This document shows positions 1-11,177 of a stretch of 62,625 nucleotides of DNA, in pieces (position 1 is the stretch's first letter; each line of letters begins with the position of its first letter). The notes beneath the pieces are model-generated. The model saw only the letters and a list, made by a program, of their open reading frames with translations. It was not told where the DNA came from and made no database searches. A program made the position numbers and the translations under genes. The DNA lies in NCBI GenBank assembly GCA_001600815.1, contig BCKZ01000019.1:186001-248625 (forward strand), read 5' to 3'. This DNA is from Alloascoidea hylecoeti. Taxonomy: Eukaryota.

Positions 1-868
1 CAATTATTATTGGCCGTAGCGTTTTCTATAACTAATTACACCGGAGATCAAATTATTGCAACATATGACTCTGCTTTGCACATGTATTAATATCGTCGAA
101 CTCTACCTCTCTCATACTTCATGATGTATTAAATGTAACCAGGTATTTGTTTCACCAAAAAGTCGCACGACTCCTTGTCGACTGCTGTAGCTAGAATTCA
201 CCTACAAACAGTCATTAATCAGTTTAAACGCTAACACTTAATTTATACTTGTTTCGCGACCGGCTAAATAAGAAATGTTTATGTAGCAGAATCAAAATAT
301 AGTGTATTATATGCTGAATTATCGTCTGCCAGCTTGCAATCGCTATTGCAATGCATATGTTACCTGTATACCAAGATTTACGTATATTTAATTTTATAAT
401 ATTTACAGATATGTATTAAAGAAGCCGTGCATATACTACACAATCGTCGCCGCATAATTATTCTATTTATCTATATCTTTTTTATAATAATTCATTCTCA
501 TTTATAAATAGAGAAGACAGCAAATAAGATCATATAAGATTTATATATATCGCTTTTATCGCTTTTTTACTTTCGTAGGGCATAAAATAATTATATAATT
601 ATAATTAATACATATTATATACCGTGAAAAATATCATGATAATTTGCAATTGAAAAGAAAAATGTAACATTGAAGTATATTCGATAGAAAAATAGAAACT
701 GGGAAAATTAATCAAGATCAATATGGTAAATATAAAAAGAATCACATTTTCTTAGATTTATATTCATTATTTGAAATTTGATTGTAATTGATTTGAGTTA
801 TCGAAATTATTATTTTATACCTGTACATTAATATTACAACATTAATCTATATCATAATATATTCAAAA

Positions 869-2854
869 ATGTCAATAGACGATAACAGTTATAAGAATGG
901 TAAGTTGATACATATGTATTGTCATTTTCAATTGTAATTAAAACCCACAAGCATTTCAAGATCAAACAATATTGAAAATTTTATACTGATATAAATATAT
1001 CTAGAAAATCCAAAAAAGACAACTTCAATAACAGCTATCGATGATGTTGAATCACAACCAATAACTAAATATGTTGATGAATACAATCCTGATGGATTAA
1101 GAATTGCAACAAAAGAAGAATTGGAGACTTTGAGAAAAGTTCCAGGTTATATCCCATGGGCTTGTTACTTAGTATGTCTTATTGAATTCGCAGAAAGAGG
1201 AAGCTATTATGGTGTTACAGGAAGTTTATCAAATTTTATACAATTTTCTTTACCTGAGGGTGGTAATGGGGCAGGTGCAACTAAAGTTGGAACCCAAGAA
1301 ACTCCAGGTGCACTAGGTCTTGGCTTACAAACTGCAAGTGCCTTAACATTGTTATTAACATTTTTGGCTTACGTTTTTCCTTTACTCGGTGGTATCTTAG
1401 CAGATGTCGTATTTGGTCGTTATAAAACTATTTGGATCGGTGTTTATTTTGATATAATTGGTCATATATTACTTGTTATTTCTGCAATTCCTTCGGTTAT
1501 TTCGGGTGGTCATGCTGTTGTACCATTAGCTATAGCTATTATAGTAATTGCGCTTGGTACTGGATTAATTAAACCAAATTTATTACCGTTATTACTAGAT
1601 CAATATACAGAAGAAAATGATGTTGTGAAAGTTTTGGAAACTGGTGAAAAAGTTGTTGTCAGTAGACAAGTAACACAACAAAGAGCCACACTAATATTTT
1701 ATTGGGCCATCAATGTTGGTGCATTTCTAGCGGTTGCTACAAGTTACTGTGAAAAAAGAGTTGGCTTTTGGTTGGCTTTTTTTATTCCGTTGGTTGTATT
1801 TATGGTCATGCCAGTCGTGCTTATTATTTTAAGTAAGAGGATGATAAAGTGTAAGCCACAAGGTACCATTTTGATTGATTCTTGGAAAGTAATAAAGGTT
1901 ACTTTTAGAAAGGGATGGTATGGAAGATGGAAACGTGGTGAATTATGGTATCATGCTAGACCAAGTGAGATGCAAAAACGAGGTGAATTAACATATACAA
2001 AGAAGAGTCCAGCAATTACATGGTCAGATGTATTTGTTATTGATGTTAAAGAAACGTTTAATGCATGTAAAATTGTTTATCTATTCCCTATATTTTTCAT
2101 TAATGATGGTGGTATTGGATCAATTCAAACTTCTCAAGCCTCAAGTTTAACAACAAATGGAGTACCAAATGATTTGATCTCAAATTTCAATCCTTTAATG
2201 ATTATTGTATTCTGTCCATTATTGGATTATGTTATTTATCCTTCGCTGAGGAAAATTCATATTAATCCTAGGCCTGCTATATTAATTACACTTGGATTTA
2301 TTATATGTGCCTGCTCTGGGGTGGCAGGTGCTGTTATTCAGTATTATGTTTATCAAACATCTCCCTGTGGATATTATGCTACAGATTGTGACATAGGAAC
2401 AGGTGTTTCACCTATATCAGTTTGGGTTGAGACGATCTTATATATATTATCCGCAGCTGGCGAATGTTTTGCACTTACTACCGCTTATGAGTTAGCATAT
2501 TCGAGAGCTCCTGAATCAATGAAAGGTTTAGTGTTTGCCATTTTGTTATTTATGAACGCTATTTCTGCAGCTATTGGTGAGGCTTGTATTCCAGCATTAA
2601 ATGATCCTAATTTGATCTGGCCTTTTGTTGGTCCGGCCATTGCTGGTTTTATATCAGCAGCAGCTTTTTATTATATGTTTAGGAATTTACACATTGATAT
2701 GGAACAGGAAAAACAAGAGAAAAGAAGATTACGAGAAGAAGATGAAGCAGAAAAGGTCAAAGATGTTGATCATGATGCTAAAACCTACTTGGTCACTAGC
2801 ACCCCGGCTGAATCTCATTCTTCCAATGCTTCCAATTCTGAAGCAAATAAATGA
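869..2854 (+). CDS. PTR2: POT/PTR-family di/tripeptide transporter; exons 869-899 and 1005-2854
   Basis: EFAERGSYYG motif, GTGLIKPN, FYWAINVGA and many TM segments. ATG at 869, GTAAGT donor at 900, TACTGAT branch-like site, TAG acceptor ending 1004. The spliced frame joins the ORF-track frame (1121). Confidence 0.92.
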
Positions 2855-3372
2855 TTACGATATTGTGACATTAAGCTTAAGCTTATAACTAATGACTGTT
2901 AATGAGCAGATAGTACACACATATATATATATATAGCAAGTTTAATTTCATATAGCCTCTATTCTAGTAATTACAACTAGTTGTATATCATAAATATATA
3001 TTATTCTGAAGTTGAATAGACTGATTCATAGTTATGGCTAGCTAGTGAAGTCGGTATATGGGAATTCGAAATTATATTTAGTGAAAACAAAACCTTTGAT
3101 TTTTAATTCTAAAATAAATAATTCCATAACATCACAAAGCGTTTCCAAAAGTATCAAACAGACCCTAATGTTTCAGATACAACACCTTGAATGTTCATTT
3201 TTAAAGAAATTCCTCAGAGCTAAACTTATCTAGTCATTTATTATAGTTTAATTAAGATTTATCGGTTTTAGTTTCGCTAACTTCCCATGTATTGTACCAA
3301 TTTCACTACCTCATCATATACGAATAAAATATGCTCCGCTGGATGGTAATATAAATTGAAATTACAAAAATA

Positions 3373-3769
3373 TATATGAGATTAAACTTGGTATATATAT
3401 ATATATGTGGGTGTACTATCTGCTCATTAACAGTCATTAGTTATAAACTTAACCTTAATGTAACAATATCGTAATTATTAATATTTATTTGCTTCAGAAT
3501 TTGAAGCATTCGACGTTGTAGTCGGAGTGATCAACATCTTTTACCTTTTCTACTTCATCTTCTTTTTTCTTGCTTTTTTTGTTCCATATCAATATGTAAA
3601 TTTCTAAACATATAATAAAAAGCTGCTGCTGATATAAAATCAGTAATGACCGGAGCAACAAAAGGCCAGATCAAATTATGATCATTTAATGCTGAAATAT
3701 AAGCTTCACCAATAGAGTTCATAAATAACAAAATACCAAATATCAAATCTTTCCTCGATTCAGGAGCTC
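3373..3769 (-). pseudogene. Inverted, decayed copy of the PTR2 3' coding end plus 3'UTR
   Basis: Reverse complement aligns to ~2505-2954. It translates ...LIWPFVAP..FISAAAFYYMFRNLHIDMEQ.KQEKRR, has internal deletions and retains the 3'UTR (TA)n tract. Confidence 0.9.
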
Positions 3770-3948
3770 ATTGCTTCAAGTATTAGTTTCAGATTACATT
3801 ATTAGTCCTTTTTCGATCACCTTCTCTGAATCTAAATCTGATACTTCCTCCATATAAGGGGGAACAGATATGATACAACAGGGACAATCACATACGTATA
3901 TAATATGCACATAGTCGTATACATTTACTTTTAGTCCCTGCATGTGTA

Positions 3949-6149
3949 CCGGACGGTACTAGGATTCCGGACACAACATAATTGATATTTTCAACCACCA
4001 TTTTCTTAACCAAAAACTAATATAAGTTAAATTTAATACTATCACTAAAATCTATTTAATCTCGTAATTCTGATAATGATTTTTCAATATACACTTTTTG
4101 TGTTTTCTGTTGTGGAGTAGGATTTTTTTCTCCGACTTAGAGTATTTAGATTATTAGAGTCAGCACCAGTCTTTCAACATAATTTTTGGTATCTATTATT
4201 GGCTGGAAATTTTTTATTCGGGTATCATTGGATGATTCGAAGTTCATATAATATATTAAAATTAGTTTTATGGAACCTACTGTCGTAAGAGAAATAAGGT
4301 GGCTTGAGGAATTATGACCAGCCATCCCAAAACGCGATAATCGGGAGCATACAAAAGTACTTCGTCTTTCAATGGCCATCAAACCTCCGTAATAAGTTCA
4401 AATGGCTTGTACAAGATCTGTGCAGAATGAGAATGAGCGTCAGAATATGTTAGTCAGTGCGGCTGTCGATTATAAGCGAAAACACATGAATCAGTCGTTC
4501 CAGAAGGTTTCTAAAAAATTCTTTGTTCCAAGATCAACTTTAAACGATCGTTTCAATGGTTCATCATCACACAAGGATTCCCACATTTCTCAAATGGTTC
4601 TAACTCCCCTTGAGGAGCAGGAGCTTGTTCAGAGGCTGTTGTTTTTCTCAAAAAATGGGTGTACCGCTAATTTAAAACGGTTTCGTGAGTTGGTGGATGA
4701 TCTGGTATACGAACGCGTTCAAAAAGATCCCACCAAAAACAAGATAACTTCGCATTTCTGTTTGCGTAATTATCATATGCCTTTTATGTCCCAAAATACC
4801 ACCTTTCCATACAAAAAGATGCGTAAATTAGATAGGTTCTTGAGTGAGGACCCCAAGTATATCCTACGAATGGTACACACTGCTCCATCAGGCTATCAAA
4901 ACAACACCAGAATCTCATATTTGGAACTTGGATGAAACTGGTACCCAGCTTGGAGTCACTGATGAAGGGGAAATAGCGATTTGTGTTCTCTACTCAAAAG
5001 AGGTTTGCTCAAATCAAATTCCCGAAAGGAGAGCTCACCTCGTCTGTCGAATGCGTGATGGTTCCAGGAATGCTCCATTCATTATATTTAAAAAAAGGAG
5101 GATGATGATGTCTCACCTGCTTGGGTGCCTAATAATGAAGATAGGACATTAAAGAATTAAGTATTTACATGTTCCGGTTCTGGTTATATAAATGGAGATT
5201 TGATGTTAAGATAGTTACACGAATTATTTTTACCCCATATTGCGTACGAAAAAGGACACATTATTTTATTAGATGAGCATTCTAGTCATATCTCATTTAG
5301 ACTAGTTATGGAATGTATTAAATATGATATTCGACTCTTTATATTGCCTGTGCACACCAGCCAATCGACGCAGGTATTAGACGTCTCTTGTTTTGGTCCT
5401 CTTAGAAAGAGGTTGAAAAACATCTATGACGAAATCCTAGTAGATAAACCCAACAATCATAGAGTACAAAAAGGAAAATTCATTAAAATATCTAAGAAGG
5501 CCAGATCTGATCCAATAACAGCTAGAAATATTCGTTCTGGTTATAAGGCAACCGGAATATACCCATTTGAGCCAGAGAAGATTTTATCGAAACTTGGAGA
5601 AGTTTGGGTGGCAGAACACGAGGAAGAACAAACGAAAAATGCGATAGAAATTTCATTTTATATGAAGATTTTGAGGGAGAATTAGAATCCGAAACGTTTG
5701 TAAACGAAGCTCATGAAACGATGTTGGAAAGGCTGAAAATATATGATGTATCGGAGGATGAATTTCGTATTTGGAAGAATTGGCTTGTGGGGTGCAAACA
5801 GACTTTATTATCAAATACATCCACCAATATTCTTGAAGATCCTTTAAAAACTATCCGGAGTGGACTTAAGACTTCTAAGAAGGGTAAAGCACTCATAACA
5901 TATAATTCTCCTGAGATAACGAATAGAAATGCCTGTCGTGAGATTGGTGCTGCTGAGCTTAATACACTAAGTCGGAGAAAATATCTCACTCCACAACAGA
6001 AAACACAAAAAGTGTATATTGAAAAATCATTATCAGAATTACGAGATTAAATAGATTTTAGTGATAGTATTAAGTTTAATTTATATTAGTTTTTGGTTAA
6101 GAAAATGGTGGTTAAAAATATCAATTATGTTGTGTCCGGAACCGTCCGG
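3949..6149 (+). mobile_element. pogo/Fot1-like Tc1/mariner DNA transposon, 2201 bp, non-functional
   Basis: TIRs ~3949-4147 and ~5959-6149 (terminus CCGGACGG). TA at 3947-3948 and 6150-6151 (TSD). Frameshifted DDE transposase inside. Confidence 0.93.
4402..6050 (+). pseudogene. pogo/Fot1 transposase (HTH + DDE_1, DD35D), frameshifted with internal stops
   Basis: VPRSTLNDR (HTH), WNLDETG (D1), LLDEHSSH (D2 at 5272) and LPVHTSQSTQVLDVSCFGPL (D3 at 5380; 35 aa between D2 and D3), spread over several reading frames. Confidence 0.9.
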
Positions 6150-6289
6150 TATCTACAGACCTGATGGTACAGACTCAGAAAATTTTAAGTATAAAATTTA
6201 ACAGTTGACAGGCTATATAACAAGGACTAACAGCCTAGTAACAAGATACCTAAAATTGTTAGTATTTAGTGCCATTAATGTAATTAACA

Positions 6290-7660
6290 GCTACCACTTT
6301 ACGAGAAATGGAGTCAATTAGATTATCAATGAAATCATGATTTAGAGTGTTGTGCGGATATTTTGACCCTAAAAAGGCGCATGTTTCACTGAATACAACA
6401 CCTTCCCAAATGTCATGATACTACTCCAATCTATCTTTAAAGGATTTAATTCTGTCAATTGTCTTTCTTTAATTCAGAAAAAACCTTCTATATATATGCC
6501 GAAAATATTACATACATATACGATTTTATAGAAGAGTTCTTGGGTGGTCTTTGATATTCAAATTAAACTTTGAAGCCAGCTCTTCAATCCTAGAAAGATA
6601 AACTTTTACGATCCTCAGAATTTAATTTACTGCTTCTTCAAAAAGTTTCTATGCCCTTTTGTTAGAGGAGGTATTATTCCAGAACAGTCGTTGGCACATT
6701 TCTTTACGGTGAACCACAAGGGTGCAATATTAATCTTTTTGTCTACTTCAAAAATTAAGAAGCCATTTTTTAAATGAATGTATTAAGGACTCAAATTCAT
6801 GAAAAACATAATCTAATTTTTATTTCCTTGAAAAAAAAAAAGAGTGGATCCAAATTCACATGTTTACTCAGATTACAAATTTCAATACGTTTAGTTGGTT
6901 TTAACTTCTTTTTAGGATTGTAAATAATATATGTAAAAACTCGTTTAGTGGAATCTTAGGAGTCATTTTATGGTATATGTAGAAATATGGCATTTTTTGG
7001 AGGATTTTAACTTCCACCAACTTGCAGAATACTTAATTACAGGTACTGGGTACAGGTGGGTACAGTGGGTACAGTGGGTACAGTGGGTACAGTGGGTACA
7101 GTGGGTACGAGGTATACGTAGTAGGTAGGGCATGGTGTAACGTTGCGCGTTTGTTTTGTAATACATCCCACCAAAAAACGATACTATTATAACCAGCCAC
7201 TGAATATTCAACAACACCCTAAAGTGGTTCTAAAGTAGTGCAATGTGTTCCTTAGATACTAGAGATTCTGTTAGACTATATAAAATGACATTTCAAACCT
7301 AGTATTTAGCGTTGGCAACCTTAACATCATAAACGGATACCACTCGGTCAGCTTTGGCTCCATCCACTCTATAAATGAAGTACGATTATCCTCCAAAATT
7401 TTAGCCCTTGCCGTAAGACTTGAAGAACAAGGCTTCCTTATAATATAAATATTTTGGGGATCAAAGAACTTCTGAGTGTTTTACAAGCAAATCCTTTTCG
7501 TGGCACCAGAATTCGGTAGGCGACCCGAACATTGGTTTTGAATACAACACGACCCCAAAATCCTAATATTCATCCAATTAATCTATGAACCATTGAAGTA
7601 TTTTCATAAGACGCAAAGGAGATTAATTGTATATTTTAGGGGATCGATTCGGAAACAAAA
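6290..7660 (-). mobile_element. Highly eroded Ty1/copia-like pol remnants, probably two fragments
   Basis: Minus-strand peptides across frames: NRSP..SYE.YFNG..INWMNIRILGSC, AYRILVP, YKEAL, SVAGY/FFGGMYYKT, DCSGIIPPLTKGHRNFL, IDWSSIMTFGK. These resemble copia integrase, pre-RT and RNase H motifs. Recognised by eye only. Confidence 0.4.
7047..7108 (+). repeat. 9-bp tandem repeat (TGGGTACAG)n with seven GGG tracts
   Basis: GGG at 7048, 7058, 7067, 7076, 7085, 7094 and 7103. Confidence 0.95.
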
Positions 7661-9290
7661 TCGATAATAGATCTGACGATTTTTGTGTAAGGACATACTA
7701 AAATTGTTTAATTGTCTATGTCGTGGCTGTAAATACTAGCTATGATGACTTTTTCCAAATTAACAAAACAAATGGGAAGGAAAGAAAGGGGGATACAAAA
7801 TTTACTCCCTATTTCTACTTAATCTAGTGAACATGATAAATTTACTTGTGTAGGGGCCAAAAGTCAGAATTCAAAAGTCAAAAATAAATAAATAAATAAA
7901 TAAAAGAGTCATATATAAACAAATAATATCATAAGGGTAATAATGCATTAAAATCAAAAAAGTTAAGGATTTGAATGAAGAATTGCAAAAGAGGTGTATT
8001 ATAATGCTTAAAGAAACCTAAAAATATGTTTACTCTTTATCTCCGTATTTTCCGAAGTTCTGTTCCCAGACAAGCAACTTTCTGGTTAAAAAGAATTTAC
8101 ACTATAGAGTGTATCCACCGTATCCAGATATCAATAATGACAATTTGAACGGCTGAGGATTCATTAATACGGGAAAATAGTAGTGTCTGAAGGATAAAAA
8201 AAAACTCAATATATAATCAATAATTCTAATTTAAGCAAAAATGACAAACTCTCTCAAACAATAACTACCCTTCCAGTTCTTTGCTGTGATATTAATGGTA
8301 AGTTATTCACTCTTCTCAATTCATTTATATTAAACTTTATTATATATTCATTCTAATCATAAGAAAAAATTACCGAAATTACTTGCAATTGTGTGCGCAC
8401 AATCAAGGTGCTAACTATGGATGGAGGGAAGTAAAGAATAAATGGATCGACAACGCTGAATACCAAAATATTAGGCGTATATTACGCCGTCTGGACTGCG
8501 ACATAATTATCTCCTTGAAGATTAAATATTGGCCCAAAACTCAACTAATTGAATTTGAAATTAAAAGGGAGTTTACTTCTACACTTTGGACTATAATAAT
8601 ACTAAATTATGTAAAGCTAATATAATGTTTTGTGTATTAGGATTGGTACCATTTATATTCTAAACTTGGTCTATTTGTTTAGTGTTATCCTTATACACGG
8701 TTGGCGGTTTAATGCAACTGACTGTACTTAGAGGCTTCTAGATTTCCCAATTTTAATTAATTAAGTAATACATTATGTATCATTTTACTGACTTATGATC
8801 ATTACTTCCCAAGAATGTAAAGGCAACTTAATAACAATTATGTTTAAAAATAGATGGAAACCTTGCAATTATGGTAAAAATTTTGTTAGTGAAAGTGAAA
8901 AACACATTGGCGCACTAATAGTATGATAAAATGGCATTTTCCGTCAAGCAAGTCTGGACTTGAAACATCCGGAGTTGCTAGAAAGGGCAGAAACCATGCA
9001 TGCATACAACTATGCCCATAATTTTAAAAGGCCCATCGGCGGAAAAACATGTTTTTTTATTTGTTTGCATAAAACATTGAAAAATTGGTGCGATGACATA
9101 AAATTAGAGAGCAATTAATTTTTTTATTGTGTTAATATTATTTTGTTAAAAATTTGTGGGGTTTAACTACTGTATAATATTGCTCTCTAATTTTGATGTA
9201 TTTTTGTTATATAAGAACTTTTATTTCCTGTCTTTATGATCTTTTCTTTATTCATATTAATTTATTATCATCACAAATACATACACAAAA

Positions 9291-10334
9291 ATGGAATACT
9301 TAACTACTATTGATACTTTACCTGACCTCGTTCTCACAAAAACAGAAACTGCTTCAAGCGCTTTTTCGGAAGCTTTTTCAGTTACAACTCCATTAATTTC
9401 TCCATATCAAGTTATTCCACAATTAGGTCCTGTTTATTCAACAAAGACAAATTTAAATAATAATATTAAAATTAATGGTGAACGTGAAGTTATGAATGAA
9501 ACATTTATTCCTTCATTAATGTTAAATCAACAGATTCATTATAATAGTAATAATAAATCTATTAAGAAGAAAAACCCTTTTAAATCAAATCCAATTTCAA
9601 GAGATGAAATAATATCATCTAATTTTACAAACAATAGCAACTCAGTTAATAATGATAGTAATAAAAAATGGGTTATTGTTATGATGGGATTACCAACAAC
9701 TGGTAAGAGTACAATTTCAAATCAATTTTCAAATTATTTAAATAAAAAAGATATTAAAACTTCAATTTCAAATAATTTGAAAGATTTATTAAATAATTTT
9801 AAAACAATTTCAAATCAAATGGTTGGAATACTTGATACATCATCTATTTCTTCATATACGGAAAGACAAGAACTTATTAATAAAATTCAAGATTATAATG
9901 ATTTAAATATTGTTTTATTTAATGTTAAATGTACATCATCATCATTATATGGATATAATTTATTAAACAAAGCAATTAATGATTTAGATAATGATGATGA
10001 AGATTTTGAAATAGTTAAAGATGAAAAAATCCAAAATTTAATTTTAAATGCTGAACATGTTAAAAATCAAACAGATATAATAACAAAGAATGAAATTTTA
10101 AAATTAAGAAATGAAAATATTTCTTATATTATATTTAAAAATTTAGGAGAACAAGTTCAATTAACTAATAATACTACAATTGAAAATAATTTAATATGGA
10201 AAATTATAACTGATTTTTCTTATAATTATAATAGAATTGAATTTGAAGAAAGATCATTATATTTATCTGGATTATATAAAATGATTGTTGAAAGACCGTT
10301 GTTTTTAAATGATGTTAAAAAGTTATTTATTTAA
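9291..10334 (+). CDS. Divergent 6-phosphofructo-2-kinase-like protein (PFK27-like, no bisphosphatase domain)
   Basis: P-loop VIVMMGLPTTGKSTIS resembles 6PF2K/Pfk27; VGILDTSS..ER corresponds to the DATN..ERR motif. Confidence 0.65.
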   Translation: MEYLTTIDTLPDLVLTKTETASSAFSEAFSVTTPLISPYQVIPQLGPVYSTKTNLNNNIKINGEREVMNETFIPSLMLNQQIHYNSNNKSIKKKNPFKSNPISRDEIISSNFTNNSNSVNNDSNKKWVIVMMGLPTTGKSTISNQFSNYLNKKDIKTSISNNLKDLLNNFKTISNQMVGILDTSSISSYTERQELINKIQDYNDLNIVLFNVKCTSSSLYGYNLLNKAINDLDNDDEDFEIVKDEKIQNLILNAEHVKNQTDIITKNEILKLRNENISYIIFKNLGEQVQLTNNTTIENNLIWKIITDFSYNYNRIEFEERSLYLSGLYKMIVERPLFLNDVKKLFI

Positions 10335-11177
10335 TTTTTGTTTTTTTTTAATTTGGTTTATTAGCTACGGTATTATTGCATTGAGGAGGATAAAAAAAAT
10401 TTATACACTATTATATATATTTATACATTATTATAAGTAAAAACTTATATATTTAATTTTAATGATTTATGAAATCTATACCAGCTTTCTATTGTAATAA
10501 TTCTGTCTTAAAAAAGCTTTATAAATTTCTTCGGTTATAAAAACAATTCCAGCTTTAAGTTTTGAATCTAGAACATGATTGTAACCAATAAACTATAATT
10601 TCATGATCTTTTTTCCATAGTATATTTTTCATTTCCACGGCCCGCGGCTGCAGGTGACCACCTTCCCCTCCAGCAATAGCTCTAATACCCACCAACAAAA
10701 GTCCCACATATTAGTATTAATATTACTAAAGAGACGATCGTAACCGATTCCAGCTAAAAAATTTCAATCAGTTATTTCCAAACATTGTCACATTTTTACA
10801 ATCATTCTACTTAAATTTCGGCCAGAAACATTATAGCAACAAGCTGAACCTTGACCAAGAAGGTCAAGAATTTTTAAATTCTAGCCGGAGGAATAAACAT
10901 CTTATAGATTTATGATATATGCTTAATCTTCTATAACAATATGTAGCATATATATCTTGTGGTCAGATAAATGGCAAAGATATCAATCTTACGGATATCC
11001 AAATTTAAAATATATTAAGTAGGTTCTTATTATTCCAATTTCTGTGTCTCTGTGTGTCTTTGGGTGTTTAATGTGATAATATATACGCATCGTGATATAA
11101 TATACCGCAATGGAGAAACCTTCATTACATTATCACCAACACAGTAAGAGAGAGAGACATTAAAACAGAAACTAAAA

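Noticed and set aside
7047..7108. CRISPR-like array
   Set aside because: Contiguous 9-mers with no spacers, in a eukaryotic context.
6963..7217. ORF with (THC)n resembling a metal-binding peptide
   Set aside because: It is the translation of the 9-bp DNA repeat, has a non-ATG start, and lies within decayed sequence.
8241..8625. Possible small intron-containing gene (ATG 8241, GTAAGT 8298)
   Set aside because: Stop after 7 codons and no recognisable product.
10460..10860. Minus-strand copia-like peptides (NVTMFG, HLQPRA, FIGY)
   Set aside because: Too short and scattered to distinguish from chance.
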